The notes: generated by a model from the letters alone, not told the origin. DNA of 64,000 bases from Candidatus Woesearchaeota archaeon (GCA_038874655.1 JAVZBY010000003.1:140036-204035), one strand, 5' to 3'; positions 41,578 through 51,201 are shown, numbered from the stretch's first letter. Numbers and translations: made by a program.

Positions 41578-42816
41578 TTATTCAATATCTTTTTTCACTA
41601 TTTCTCCTGGCAATGTTGTTTTATTAGGCCAAATTTTTCTTCCTGGATAGATAGATGTATGTATCCCTGTATGAACATTATCTCCTATAATAGCACCTAA
41701 TTTTCTTCTACCACTATCAACTAAATTACCCTTCACAAAAGAAAATACATTTGAATCATCATGCCTTAGATTTGCTGTTATTGTTCCTGCACCAAAATTT
41801 ACATTATTTCCTATAATAGAATCCCCTACATAAGATAAATGCCCGATTGAAGTTTTATCTCCAATAATAGAATTTTTTACTTCAACTGCATTTCCTATTT
41901 TACAATTATTTCCAATACTAGAAAAACCTCTTATATAACAATTAGGGCCAATCACACAATTATCCCCAATAATAATATTTCCTTCTAAATAACTTCCTGA
42001 TTTAACAATTGTATTCTGTCCAATAATTATATTCCCTTTTAATGTAGCACCTTTTTCAATAATACCTTTATTAATAGATTTTTTAAAATTACTTAAAATT
42101 ATTTCATTAGCATTTAACAAACTCCAAGGATAGGTTATTGGAATCCAAAAATCTGCTATATTATAATTAACTACTTCTTTTTCAGATAATTTTTTTATAA
42201 AATCTGTAATTTCATATTCATTTCTCTCTGAAAGAGCTATATCAAAATCAAATATTTTTTTATCTAAAACATATACTCCTGTATTAGCAAAACCTTTTCT
42301 TTTTTCTTGTGGTTTTTCTTTTATTGTTATTATCTTTTTATTTTTTTCATCAACAATAAGTTCACCAAAATTACTTATATCAAAAACTTGTTTGGCTAAA
42401 ACAGAATATCTATCTTTCAAGCAATTTTCAATATCTCCTTTTGAATAGATATCATCTCCATTAATTACTATAAACCTGTCTTTTAGATAATTTTTTACTT
42501 CTAATAATGCTCCTCCTGTTCCGTTTTGCTCTTTTTGTTCAACAAACTTTATATTTAGTTTAGGATATTTCTCTTCAACATATTTTACTATTTGTTCTTT
42601 AAGATAACCAACAACAATTAATATCTCATTTGTAAGATCCTTAATTGCTTCAATGTTATATTCCAAAAGTGTTTTATTAGCCACTCTTAATAAGGGTTTT
42701 GGTTTTGTAATAGTTAATGGCCATGCTCTTGTAGATTTACCTGCACATAAGATTATTGCTTGATCTATTTTATATTTGTTTACTTTATTGTTATTTATGG
42801 AATTTTTTTTTGCCAT
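41578..42816 (-). CDS. glmU: Bifunctional sugar-1-phosphate nucleotidyltransferase/acetyltransferase (archaeal GlmU)
   Basis: ILCAGKSTR.WPLT..KPKPL, hexapeptide repeats, HLSYVGDS, GAGTITANLRHD. Confidence 0.92.
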   Translation of the reverse strand: MAKKNSINNNKVNKYKIDQAIILCAGKSTRAWPLTITKPKPLLRVANKTLLEYNIEAIKDLTNEILIVVGYLKEQIVKYVEEKYPKLNIKFVEQKEQNGTGGALLEVKNYLKDRFIVINGDDIYSKGDIENCLKDRYSVLAKQVFDISNFGELIVDEKNKKIITIKEKPQEKRKGFANTGVYVLDKKIFDFDIALSERNEYEITDFIKKLSEKEVVNYNIADFWIPITYPWSLLNANEIILSNFKKSINKGIIEKGATLKGNIIIGQNTIVKSGSYLEGNIIIGDNCVIGPNCYIRGFSSIGNNCKIGNAVEVKNSIIGDKTSIGHLSYVGDSIIGNNVNFGAGTITANLRHDDSNVFSFVKGNLVDSGRRKLGAIIGDNVHTGIHTSIYPGRKIWPNKTTLPGEIVKKDIE

Positions 42817-42817
42817 T

Positions 42818-44197
42818 TTATACTCCTATCTCTTTTTTTATTGCGTTTGCTATTTTATTAGCTATTTTTTTCATTATTCCAGAATCTTTAGCTTCAACCA
42901 TTACTCTTATCAATTGCTCTGTCCCACTATATCTTACTAAAATTCTTCCTTGGTTTTCTAAAATCTTTTCTGAATCCATAATTATTGAGTAAGCATTTAA
43001 TTTTTCTAATGGCTTTTTTTCTTTAACTTTTACATTAATAGTAATTTGAGGATATTTTTTTAAAACACTTGCTAATTTTGATAACTTTATTTTTTTTTCT
43101 TTCATAATTCTTAGAATTTGCAGAGCAGCAATAATTCCATCTCCTGTCGTGTTATAATCTGAAAAAATAATATGCCCTGAATATTCCCCACCTAGGTTAT
43201 AGTTATTTTTTCTCATTTCATCAATAACATATCTATCTCCATTAAGAACTTTGACAACATTAGCATTATGTTTTTTCATCAATTCATCAAAAGCCAGATT
43301 CGTGTATTGTGTTGCAACAATTGTATTTTTTGCCAATTTATTTTTTTCTAATAAATATAAGCCAGCAATAGCTAAAATATAATCCCCATCTAAAATATTA
43401 CCTTCTTCATCTATTAAAATTACTCTATCTGCATCACCATCCAATGTAATCCCTATGTCTGCATTATAACCCAAAACTGCTGATTTTGCAAGTTCTGGAT
43501 AAAGTGCACCACAGTCCTTATTTATATTATTTCCATCCGGTTGATTAGATAAAACAATTACATCTGCTTTTAATTCTCTCAATATTAAAGGTGCCACTTT
43601 ATAAGCTGCACCATTAGCACAATCTAAAACTATTTTCAAACCATTTAAAGAATTATTTTTTATAGTTCCTTTTGCAAATTCAATATATCTTCCCTGTGCA
43701 TCATCAATTCTATAAGCTCTACCTATTTCTTTTGATGTAATATGTTCAGTTTTTATATGATTATTAGTTAAATCCTTTAAAACAAGATCTTCTATTTGAG
43801 ATTCTACTTCATCAGGCAATTTATAGCCCTCTGAATCAAAGAATTTTATACCGTTATCATCAGAAGGATTATGTGAAGCAGAAATCATTATTCCGGCATC
43901 AGCAGCAAAAGACCTTGTTAAATGCGCAATTGCTGGAGTAGGCATAGGCCCAACTAACAAAACATCTGCACCCATGGAAGTTAATCCTGAGGTTAATGCA
44001 TATTCTAACATATAACCACTTAATCTAGTATCTTTTCCAATTAAAAAAACCGGTTTTTTTTCTTTAACTTTTTTATTAACATCCTTATTTCTCAATACAA
44101 GAGCAGCAGCTTTTCCTAATTTTAAAGCAACTTCTGCTGTAATTGGATATGTGTTTGCTTTGCCTCTAACCCCATCAGTACCAAATAATCTAGCCAT
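42818..44197 (-). CDS. glmM: Phosphoglucosamine mutase
   Basis: FGTDGVRG, GKDTRLSGY, ISASHNP, DGDADR, GGEYSGH, RYSGTE. Confidence 0.96.
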   Translation of the reverse strand: MARLFGTDGVRGKANTYPITAEVALKLGKAAALVLRNKDVNKKVKEKKPVFLIGKDTRLSGYMLEYALTSGLTSMGADVLLVGPMPTPAIAHLTRSFAADAGIMISASHNPSDDNGIKFFDSEGYKLPDEVESQIEDLVLKDLTNNHIKTEHITSKEIGRAYRIDDAQGRYIEFAKGTIKNNSLNGLKIVLDCANGAAYKVAPLILRELKADVIVLSNQPDGNNINKDCGALYPELAKSAVLGYNADIGITLDGDADRVILIDEEGNILDGDYILAIAGLYLLEKNKLAKNTIVATQYTNLAFDELMKKHNANVVKVLNGDRYVIDEMRKNNYNLGGEYSGHIIFSDYNTTGDGIIAALQILRIMKEKKIKLSKLASVLKKYPQITINVKVKEKKPLEKLNAYSIIMDSEKILENQGRILVRYSGTEQLIRVMVEAKDSGIMKKIANKIANAIKKEIGV

Positions 44198-44388
44198 AAT
44201 TTATTGGCATTAAATTTTATTTAAAAAGTTAATTAAAAGAAAATTTATAACCAAATACAAAACTTTATAAATAAAAAACAAAAAAAGAATATTTTTTTAT
44301 AAAAAATATATAAAAATATTATAATTTTTTTTATAATAATATAAATTTTATAGTAATATTTATTAATTCGTTTGTTTTTTTGTTTATT

Positions 44389-45312
44389 ATGAAAACATAT
44401 GTTTTAAAAGAAAAAGACAACAAATTTTATTATAGCCCTGCTATTTTTGTTGATAATCCTAATTCTATTAAATTAATAAACCATCCTATAAGATTAAAAA
44501 TATTAAAGCTTTTATCTAAAAAGCCTATGTATCCAGCAGAATTAGCAAAAGAATTAAAGATGCATGAACAAAAAATTTACTATCATATAAATCAAATGAT
44601 TGAATCAGATTTATTAGATGTCGTAGAAAAAGAAGAAATAAGAGGCACAACTGCAAAAAAACTAAAACCAAAAATACTAAACTTTGCTTTTACAATGTCA
44701 ACTGATTGGTTTAACATAAAGAATTTGTACGAAGAAAAAGACAAAGAAATTATAACTTTTTTAAAACCTTTTATTCTTGAAGGCAGATTAAATTCTTATA
44801 TTGTTGTTGGCAGCCCTGACCCACATGGTGAGCATAAAGCAAGAGCAAGAGATGGCCATTATGCTATTGATTTAGCTTTATTTTTGGGAAGCTTTTGTAA
44901 TGTTGATGAATTTTCAACAAAATTAGATGTTGATATTGATTTGAAACAAAATAAAAATTTAATTTTAGTTGGAGGCCCAGTTACAAATTTAGTTGTCAGT
45001 AAAATTAATGAATATCTACCAGCAAAGTTTTCAGAACAAAAACCCTGGGGGATAATCTCAAAACTAAAAACGTATACTGATGAGAGTATAGGTTTAATCT
45101 CAAAAATTCCTAATCCTCTTAATCCAAATTACTATATATTAGTTTTAGCAGGAATTAGATTCATAGGAACAAAAGCAGCTGTAATGGCATTCACAAAATA
45201 CACAAAACAAGTAATTTACAGATATACTGGGCAAAAAGAATTTTATTGCATTGTTCAAGGTTTTGATTTAGATGGAGATGGAAAAATTGATAGTATTGAA
45301 GTTTTAGAATAA
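44389..45312 (+). CDS. ArsR-like HTH regulator with C-terminal putative ligand-binding domain
   Basis: HPIRLKILKLL...PMYPAELAKEL....QKIYYHI; C-domain VVGSPDPHG..ARARDGHY, NLILVGGPVTN, DLDGDG; divergent from glmM. Confidence 0.75.
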   Translation: MKTYVLKEKDNKFYYSPAIFVDNPNSIKLINHPIRLKILKLLSKKPMYPAELAKELKMHEQKIYYHINQMIESDLLDVVEKEEIRGTTAKKLKPKILNFAFTMSTDWFNIKNLYEEKDKEIITFLKPFILEGRLNSYIVVGSPDPHGEHKARARDGHYAIDLALFLGSFCNVDEFSTKLDVDIDLKQNKNLILVGGPVTNLVVSKINEYLPAKFSEQKPWGIISKLKTYTDESIGLISKIPNPLNPNYYILVLAGIRFIGTKAAVMAFTKYTKQVIYRYTGQKEFYCIVQGFDLDGDGKIDSIEVLE

Positions 45313-45327
45313 TCCTATATTATAAAA

Positions 45328-45954
45328 ATGAAAAAGATAAAAAATAATGTTGAAAACTTAAAAATTGATAATAAAAAAATAATTTTAGCCTCAAAATCAC
45401 CTAGAAGAAGAAAACTTCTAGAAGATATTTTTGGAGAGGACATAATAATTCATCCTAGTAATATAGATGAAAATTCTATTAAAGAAAAAGATCCAATAAA
45501 ACTAGCAAAAAAATTAGCATTTTTAAAAGCAAAAGAAGTATCAAATTTCTATGATAAAGGGATAATCATTGCTGCAGATTCTTTTGTTGTGTATAAAAAT
45601 AAAATATTAGGCAAACCTAAAGATAAAAAAGATGCATTCAACATGTTAAAACTTCAATCTGGTAAAAAAACGAAGGTTATTACAGGACTATGTGTTATTG
45701 ATTTAAATAAACAAAAAGAGTATTTAACTTATGATATTACTGAAATAAAAATGACAAAAATGAATGATGAAGAAATCTTAAATTATATAAAAACTGGTGA
45801 TCCATTAGATAAAGCAGGTTCTTTTGGAATGCAAAGTAAAGGTTCAATATTTGTTGAAAAAATAAATGGTTGTTATTCAAATGTAGTTGGCTTACCAATG
45901 CCTAAATTATTGAAAATATTAAGAAAAATAGGCTTAAAAATTTTTAATTATTAA
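45328..45954 (+). CDS. maf: Maf-family nucleoside triphosphate pyrophosphatase
   Basis: ILASKSPRR, IAADS, ILGKP, DKAGSF, NVVGLP. Confidence 0.93.
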   Translation: MKKIKNNVENLKIDNKKIILASKSPRRRKLLEDIFGEDIIIHPSNIDENSIKEKDPIKLAKKLAFLKAKEVSNFYDKGIIIAADSFVVYKNKILGKPKDKKDAFNMLKLQSGKKTKVITGLCVIDLNKQKEYLTYDITEIKMTKMNDEEILNYIKTGDPLDKAGSFGMQSKGSIFVEKINGCYSNVVGLPMPKLLKILRKIGLKIFNY

Positions 45955-45968
45955 TTTTTTTCTTGCCT

Positions 45969-46478
45969 TTATTGGTTTTCTGCTTTCTTTTTTTTTGATT
46001 TTTTATTTGTTGTATCTATAACTCTTACATTATGCCCTAATTCCAAAGCTTCCATTCTACAAACATCAAAAATCTCAGCATCTAAGTTTTCTCTAATTTT
46101 ATGTTTTGAATACCCTCTTTTCTCTAGCCTCTTTTTTAATTTCTTCAATTCGCATTTGGTTATGATACATAAATCTACATATTTTTTAGGTAAGTAGTGA
46201 GATAAGTGAGAATCAATAACAATTCCCTTTGTTTTTTTATCTTTTTTTTTCTCTTTAATTATTTCTATAAGTGCTTTATTTAAATTATCAGTATCAATTA
46301 TTTTAGTATTTCTTTTTTTATCATATCCGGATATTATTTTATATTTATTGTTATAAATCTCTATAATTTTATTTACATCAATATATTCATAATTTTTTTC
46401 TTTCGCCAAATTTTTTGCTATTGTTGTTTTTCCTGTTCCTGGAGTTCCTGATACAATAATAACTTTCATACTTTTCAT
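45969..46478 (-). CDS. Adenylate kinase 6 / Fap7-family ATPase
   Basis: SGTPGTGKTT, IDSHLSH, RLEKRGYS..KI.EN..AEI. Confidence 0.9.
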   Translation of the reverse strand: MKSMKVIIVSGTPGTGKTTIAKNLAKEKNYEYIDVNKIIEIYNNKYKIISGYDKKRNTKIIDTDNLNKALIEIIKEKKKDKKTKGIVIDSHLSHYLPKKYVDLCIITKCELKKLKKRLEKRGYSKHKIRENLDAEIFDVCRMEALELGHNVRVIDTTNKKSKKKKAENQ

Positions 46479-46570
46479 TATATTACTGAAATATAAAAAA
46501 CTATTTAAATCAATAAACTATTTTATATGTGATATATCTTTTAATTTATGGTTGTAAGGAGGTCATTAAA

Positions 46571-46837
46571 ATGTTAAAAATGAAAAGAATCTCAGAATGC
46601 TATGAAATGAAAGTTTTTACAGATGAAGGAGATTATTTTGGAGATGTTGAAGAAATAATATTAACAACTAACAAAATAACTGGTTGGCGTGTAAAAGCAA
46701 CTAAAAATTCTTTTTTAAACACTGTTTTAGGAAGTGCAAAAGGAGTAATTGTTCCTCATCAATTAGTTAAAGCTATTGGAGATATAATGATAATTAACAA
46801 ATCTGCTGTTCCTTCTTATGACCCAGATGAGGAATAA
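46571..46837 (+). CDS. PRC-barrel domain protein (CdpB-like)
   Basis: Start 46571 after SD AGGAGGT; KVFTDEG.YFG.VEEI, VIVP...VKAIGDIMII. Confidence 0.8.
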   Translation: MLKMKRISECYEMKVFTDEGDYFGDVEEIILTTNKITGWRVKATKNSFLNTVLGSAKGVIVPHQLVKAIGDIMIINKSAVPSYDPDEE

Positions 46838-46906
46838 ATAAAAAAATAACAAATAGGACTAAATTTAAAAAAAATAACTTTTTTCTTTTCTATAATTTTA
46901 TTTAAT

Positions 46907-47042
46907 GCGCAGGTAGTGAAGTGGTCAAACACGATAGACTCAAGAAATTTGAGTGTTGAGCTTTATGCTATGAAAAACACTTGCCCATTATGAGGAATCT
47001 ATTCCCTTAGTGGGTTCGCAGGTTCGAATCCTGCCCTGCGCA
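46907..47042 (+). tRNA. tRNA-Leu(CAA) with 52-nt intron at 37/38 (46945-46996)
   Basis: Acceptor GCGCAGG/CCTGCGC; anticodon stem ATAGA/TCTAT; CTCA pairs with intron TGAG between AGA and GAA bulges; long variable arm; GCAGG-TTCGAAT-CCTGC. Confidence 0.93.
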
Positions 47043-47152
47043 GTTTTTATTTTGATTTAAAAAATTTATTCTATCTAATTAAAAAGAACATTTATATAAT
47101 AAGAAAGATTTGTTATAGTTATAATTGTTATAAAATAGTGTGAGGTGAGCAT

Positions 47153-47803
47153 ATGAAAAAAAAACTTGTTTTATTAAGTCTTATTTTGGTTTTGACTTTT
47201 ATGAGTGTTTCTGCAAAGAACAAATTTTTTTTAAAAGAAATGTTTAAAGACAATGATTATACAAATAACCCTGTTTGGGAATTAGGCTTAGGTGGGAATG
47301 TATATTTAGTTAATGGCGTTCTACATCATGATGGTATAAATCTTGATGATTCAGATAGATATTGGTCATTACTTAGCACAAATACCATTTTTTCAACAAA
47401 AGATTATTTAGAATTGTCATTTAAGGGTTTGTTAAAATCAGAAGGAAACCCACAAGAAGGTAGGGGTATAATTTTAGCTCTTTACTCTTCTGACAAAAAA
47501 AAGAGATATGACATTAGAATACAAGATGGATTTACTAGTGGTTTTCCAATAAACCAACATTCTATTTCCTTAGGATATGGTGATGAAGATTCATTAGGGG
47601 ATTATATAGTAACTTCATTTGTGCCTGAAAGAGACAGATTTTATAACATAAAAGCGGTAAGAAAAAATAATCTATGGTCATTATATGTAGATGGTGTTTT
47701 AATTGGAACACATGAAGATACTTTAAAAATAAAAGAATTTAGCATGGTTCAAATGCCTTTAGTTGGAAGTGTTGCTATTGACAACATAAAAGTAAGAAAT
47801 TAG
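47153..47803 (+). CDS. Secreted beta-sandwich protein, probable concanavalin A-like lectin/glucanase fold
   Basis: SD GAGGTGA; signal peptide ending SVSA; F.DNDY...P.W start and FYNIKAVR....WSLYVDG...IDNIKV end. Confidence 0.6.
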   Translation: MKKKLVLLSLILVLTFMSVSAKNKFFLKEMFKDNDYTNNPVWELGLGGNVYLVNGVLHHDGINLDDSDRYWSLLSTNTIFSTKDYLELSFKGLLKSEGNPQEGRGIILALYSSDKKKRYDIRIQDGFTSGFPINQHSISLGYGDEDSLGDYIVTSFVPERDRFYNIKAVRKNNLWSLYVDGVLIGTHEDTLKIKEFSMVQMPLVGSVAIDNIKVRN

Positions 47804-47867
47804 TTTCTCTTTTTTTATTATTTTATTAAACAATATCTTTATATCTTTTTGATATTTTTCAAGCAAC

Positions 47868-48413
47868 ATGAAGCTACTATATTTATTATCTATTATGACT
47901 CTTTTTTCACATTTAGCTTTAATAACACTTTTATTTATATATATTTTAAAAAAAGAGTTTTTTAAAAATTTTTTAAAAATTTTTTATAAATATAGCCTAT
48001 TTTTTGCTTTTCTAGTTTCTCTTGTTTCTACTATTGGAAGTTTAAGCTTTTCAGAAATCTTAAAATTAGAACCTTGTAGATTATGCTGGTTTCAAAGAAT
48101 ATTTATGTATCCTTTAGTTATATTATTAGGATTGCCATTGTTCATTAAAAAATTTAGAAAAGATTTTTTTGTTTTAAAAAAATACATTATTTTATTAGCC
48201 TTAATTGGAAGTTTATTTTCAATATATCATCATACATTACAAATATTCGGTTCTTTTTTTAATCAAAACTATATCTGCGATGTTAATGGGATATCATGTT
48301 CAACAGCCTATTTTCAATTTGGTTATATAACTATTCCTTTAATGGCTTTGACTTCATTTATTATGATTATTTTTATTATATCTGTAAATAAAAGAAATTT
48401 TAAAAAAATATAA
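47868..48413 (+). CDS. Disulfide bond formation protein (DsbB/BdbC family)
   Basis: GSL.FSE....PCRLCWFQRIFMYP, second Cys pair CDVNGISC, FGYITIP.M. Confidence 0.92.
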   Translation: MKLLYLLSIMTLFSHLALITLLFIYILKKEFFKNFLKIFYKYSLFFAFLVSLVSTIGSLSFSEILKLEPCRLCWFQRIFMYPLVILLGLPLFIKKFRKDFFVLKKYIILLALIGSLFSIYHHTLQIFGSFFNQNYICDVNGISCSTAYFQFGYITIPLMALTSFIMIIFIISVNKRNFKKI

Positions 48414-48425
48414 TCTAAAAAAATC

Positions 48426-48974
48426 TTAATTAAAACCAATTTCTTTTAATTTTTCAATGTTCTCGCTTTTCTTTACTTTTATTTCATAATAATATGTTGT
48501 TGGGCAAACATTACAAGCTTGACAAACTATTCTATCTGTTTCTATTTTCTCAAAACTCACTAGTTCTATATTGAATGCATTACTCAGATAAACAGTTATA
48601 ACTTCCTTTTCTGTCGGTGCTTTTACCCATCTAATATCGCTTGTTTTTATCCATTTCTCCCAAGGTGTTTCTTCACATTGCTTTGGTTGATATATTAATG
48701 CTATTATTTCATTATTATTTTCAATACTATTATTTGGACATTCATTTCTAAAAAAAGCCCATTCATCACATTCAATGCCATTAGGCAAAACACAAATTCC
48801 TTTTTGACCTTGTTCTGTTTCTATTATTTTTACTTGACCTTTATTTTCAACGCAATATTTTGATGCTGGATTTGTTATTCCAAAATTTTCATTTTCTTTA
48901 TCAATTTCTTTGTTCTGACAAGCGCTAATCAAAACCATGACTAAAAAAAATCCTACTAAAAAAATTCTTTTCAT
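48426..48974 (-). CDS. Putative lipoprotein with DUF333 domain and second Cys-containing domain
   Basis: Lipobox-like ISAC; NPASKYCVE.KG...GICVLPNG..CDEWAFFR; SD AGGTGA favours ATG 48974. Confidence 0.75.
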   Translation of the reverse strand: MKRIFLVGFFLVMVLISACQNKEIDKENENFGITNPASKYCVENKGQVKIIETEQGQKGICVLPNGIECDEWAFFRNECPNNSIENNNEIIALIYQPKQCEETPWEKWIKTSDIRWVKAPTEKEVITVYLSNAFNIELVSFEKIETDRIVCQACNVCPTTYYYEIKVKKSENIEKLKEIGFN

Positions 48975-49132
48975 TTTTCTCACCTAAAATAAGAAAGATC
49001 TTTTTATATTTAAATAAAGTTATAGGTTCAATTTAAATTGAAGTTAATTTAAATCTTATCAATATTTAAAACTAAACTTATAAAAAGTATAAAATTTATA
49101 AACAAATAATTTTTTTAATATATAAATTACAA

Positions 49133-50404
49133 ATGACTTTCCCAATTACAAAAAAACATGAATTCTGGAAAAATATTAATAATGAGCAGTGGAATGATTG
49201 GCACTGGCAACAATCTAATAGAATAACAAAACTAGAACAAATTCAAAAAATATTAGGCAATAAATTAACAAAAGAAGAGTTAAATGCCTTTTCAAAAACC
49301 TCTTTGAATTTTATGGTTGCAATCACACCTTATTATTTTTCCTTAATTGATTTTGATAATACTAATGATCCAATAAGATTACAAGCAATTCCTCAGAATG
49401 GTGAAACACTAGAACATATTGATGATTCAGAAGACCCTCTAGCAGAAGACCATGATATGCCAGTTCCTGGGTTAACTCATAGATATCCTGATAGAGTTTT
49501 ATTATATACTACACATAATTGTCCTGTTTATTGCAGACATTGCACAAGAAAAAGAAAGGTAAGTAATCCTAATAGTGCTGCAACAATAACACAAATCAAT
49601 TTAGGATTGGATTATATAAAAAAGCACAAAGAAATTAGGGATGTTGTTATTTCTGGTGGAGACCCATTATCATTATCAGATGAAAGATTATTTAAAATTA
49701 TTTCAGATTTACAAGAAATTGAACATATCGAAATGATGAGATTAGGCACAAGAAATTTAGTAACATTGCCTCAAAGAATTACTAATGATTTTGCATCAAA
49801 ATTAAAAGAATTAAATTCAAGAAAGATAAATGGAAAAAGAAAACCTATTTACATAAACACGCACTTTAATAATCCAAAAGAATGCACTGATGAAGCAGAA
49901 GAAGCTGCACATAGATTATTACAAGCTGGAAGCCCTTTAGGAAATCAATGTGTTTTACTAAAAGGTGTAAATGATAATCTTAATGTTATGAAAGAACTAA
50001 ATAAAAAATTATTACAAATGGGTATTAAACCTTACTATATTTATTTATGTGATCCTACACCAGGAACAGGGCATTTTAGAACAAGTGTTGAAATAGGATT
50101 AGAAATCATTGATAATTTAAGAGGACACACCTCAGGATTTGCAACGCCACAATTAGTTATTGATGCACCATCTGGTGGAGGCAAAATATTAATTCCTAAT
50201 GGTATTGTTGCAAGACATGTTGGTTCAAAATATACTGTTTGGAAATTAATTAATTTCGAAAAAAAATATTACTATTATATAGCTCCAAATGATGAAACAA
50301 ACTATTATAAGAGATATAATAAACCAATTCCACCTGATTTTGATATTTCAGAATTAGAAAATTCATTCTTAAAAAATGCTTATGAAAAAGGATTAATTGA
50401 CTAA
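49133..50404 (+). CDS. kamA: KamA-family radical SAM enzyme (lysine 2,3-aminomutase-like)
   Basis: WNDWHWQ, HRYPDRVL, CPVYCRHCTRKR, SGGDPL, HFRT, DAPSGGGK (PLP Lys). Confidence 0.88.
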   Translation: MTFPITKKHEFWKNINNEQWNDWHWQQSNRITKLEQIQKILGNKLTKEELNAFSKTSLNFMVAITPYYFSLIDFDNTNDPIRLQAIPQNGETLEHIDDSEDPLAEDHDMPVPGLTHRYPDRVLLYTTHNCPVYCRHCTRKRKVSNPNSAATITQINLGLDYIKKHKEIRDVVISGGDPLSLSDERLFKIISDLQEIEHIEMMRLGTRNLVTLPQRITNDFASKLKELNSRKINGKRKPIYINTHFNNPKECTDEAEEAAHRLLQAGSPLGNQCVLLKGVNDNLNVMKELNKKLLQMGIKPYYIYLCDPTPGTGHFRTSVEIGLEIIDNLRGHTSGFATPQLVIDAPSGGGKILIPNGIVARHVGSKYTVWKLINFEKKYYYYIAPNDETNYYKRYNKPIPPDFDISELENSFLKNAYEKGLID

Positions 50405-50440
50405 AAAAATTAAAATTAAGTTCTATTCTTATTTTATTGT

Positions 50441-50812
50441 TTATATCTCTTCTGATAAATTTTTCCTATAAAAACTATATTTATGTGTTTTTCCCTTAAC
50501 CAATTCTTTCGGATATCTTACATTATTGATTTCTAATTTCTTATTAAAAGATTCATATAAATCAATTCCTGTTGCATTGCTAAAAGCTATTAAAAAATGC
50601 ATTAAATCTGCTATTTCTAGTTCAATTTCATCTTTTTTTTCTTTCAAAATTTGCCATGATTCTTCTGTTGTTTTCCATTCAAAGATTTCTAAAAGTTCAT
50701 TAGCTTCAATTGACAAAGCAATTGCTAAATCTTTTGGATTATGGAATTTTTCCCAATCTCTCTCTTTTAAAAATTCTGAGAACTTTTTTTTCATATCTTC
50801 TATTTTGTCCAT
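50441..50812 (-). CDS. MazG-like nucleotide pyrophosphohydrolase (dCTPase family)
   Basis: ERDWEKFHNPKDLAIALSIEANELLEIF.W, EIAD, K...N..RYP. Confidence 0.92.
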   Translation of the reverse strand: MDKIEDMKKKFSEFLKERDWEKFHNPKDLAIALSIEANELLEIFEWKTTEESWQILKEKKDEIELEIADLMHFLIAFSNATGIDLYESFNKKLEINNVRYPKELVKGKTHKYSFYRKNLSEEI

Positions 50813-50931
50813 ACTTATAGGTTTATTTTATTTTTTAAAAATTTATTTAACTTTAATAATTAACTTTAAAAATATCCTCAAAATCTTTTTAAAGTAATAG
50901 GCATTTCAATTAATCCTATGAATAAGGTGAA

Positions 50932-51201
50932 ATGATGGAAATAAATATTCTTGAAGACAAACCAAAAAGATTAGTTTTTGAATTAAAAGGAGAAGATCAT
51001 ACTCTATGTAATGCATTAAGAGAAGAACTTTGGAATGATGAATCTGTTGTTGTTTCTGCTTATAATATTGAACATCCTTTAATAGGCACACCAAAATTTA
51101 TTATAGAAACAAAAGATAAAGAACCTAAAAAAGCATTAAAAGATGCCATTTCAAGATTAAAAAAAAGAAATTCTGAAATTAGAAAAACATTATCTAAGTA
51201 A
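50932..51201 (+). CDS. rpoL: DNA-directed RNA polymerase subunit L (Rpo11)
   Basis: GEDHTLCNALR.EL, AY.IEHPL; SD AAGGTGA. Confidence 0.95.
   Translation: MMEINILEDKPKRLVFELKGEDHTLCNALREELWNDESVVVSAYNIEHPLIGTPKFIIETKDKEPKKALKDAISRLKKRNSEIRKTLSK

Noticed and set aside
44198-44388. AT-only inverted repeats between glmM and its divergent regulator as an operator
   Set aside because: The region is almost all A/T, so such palindromes are expected by chance; needs comparative footprinting
46945-46996. Possible nested second intron or guide RNA inside the tRNA-Leu intron (AGTGTT/AACACT stem, extra TTGAG copies)
   Set aside because: Could not build a second valid bulge-helix-bulge or C/D box pair; a simple internal hairpin explains it
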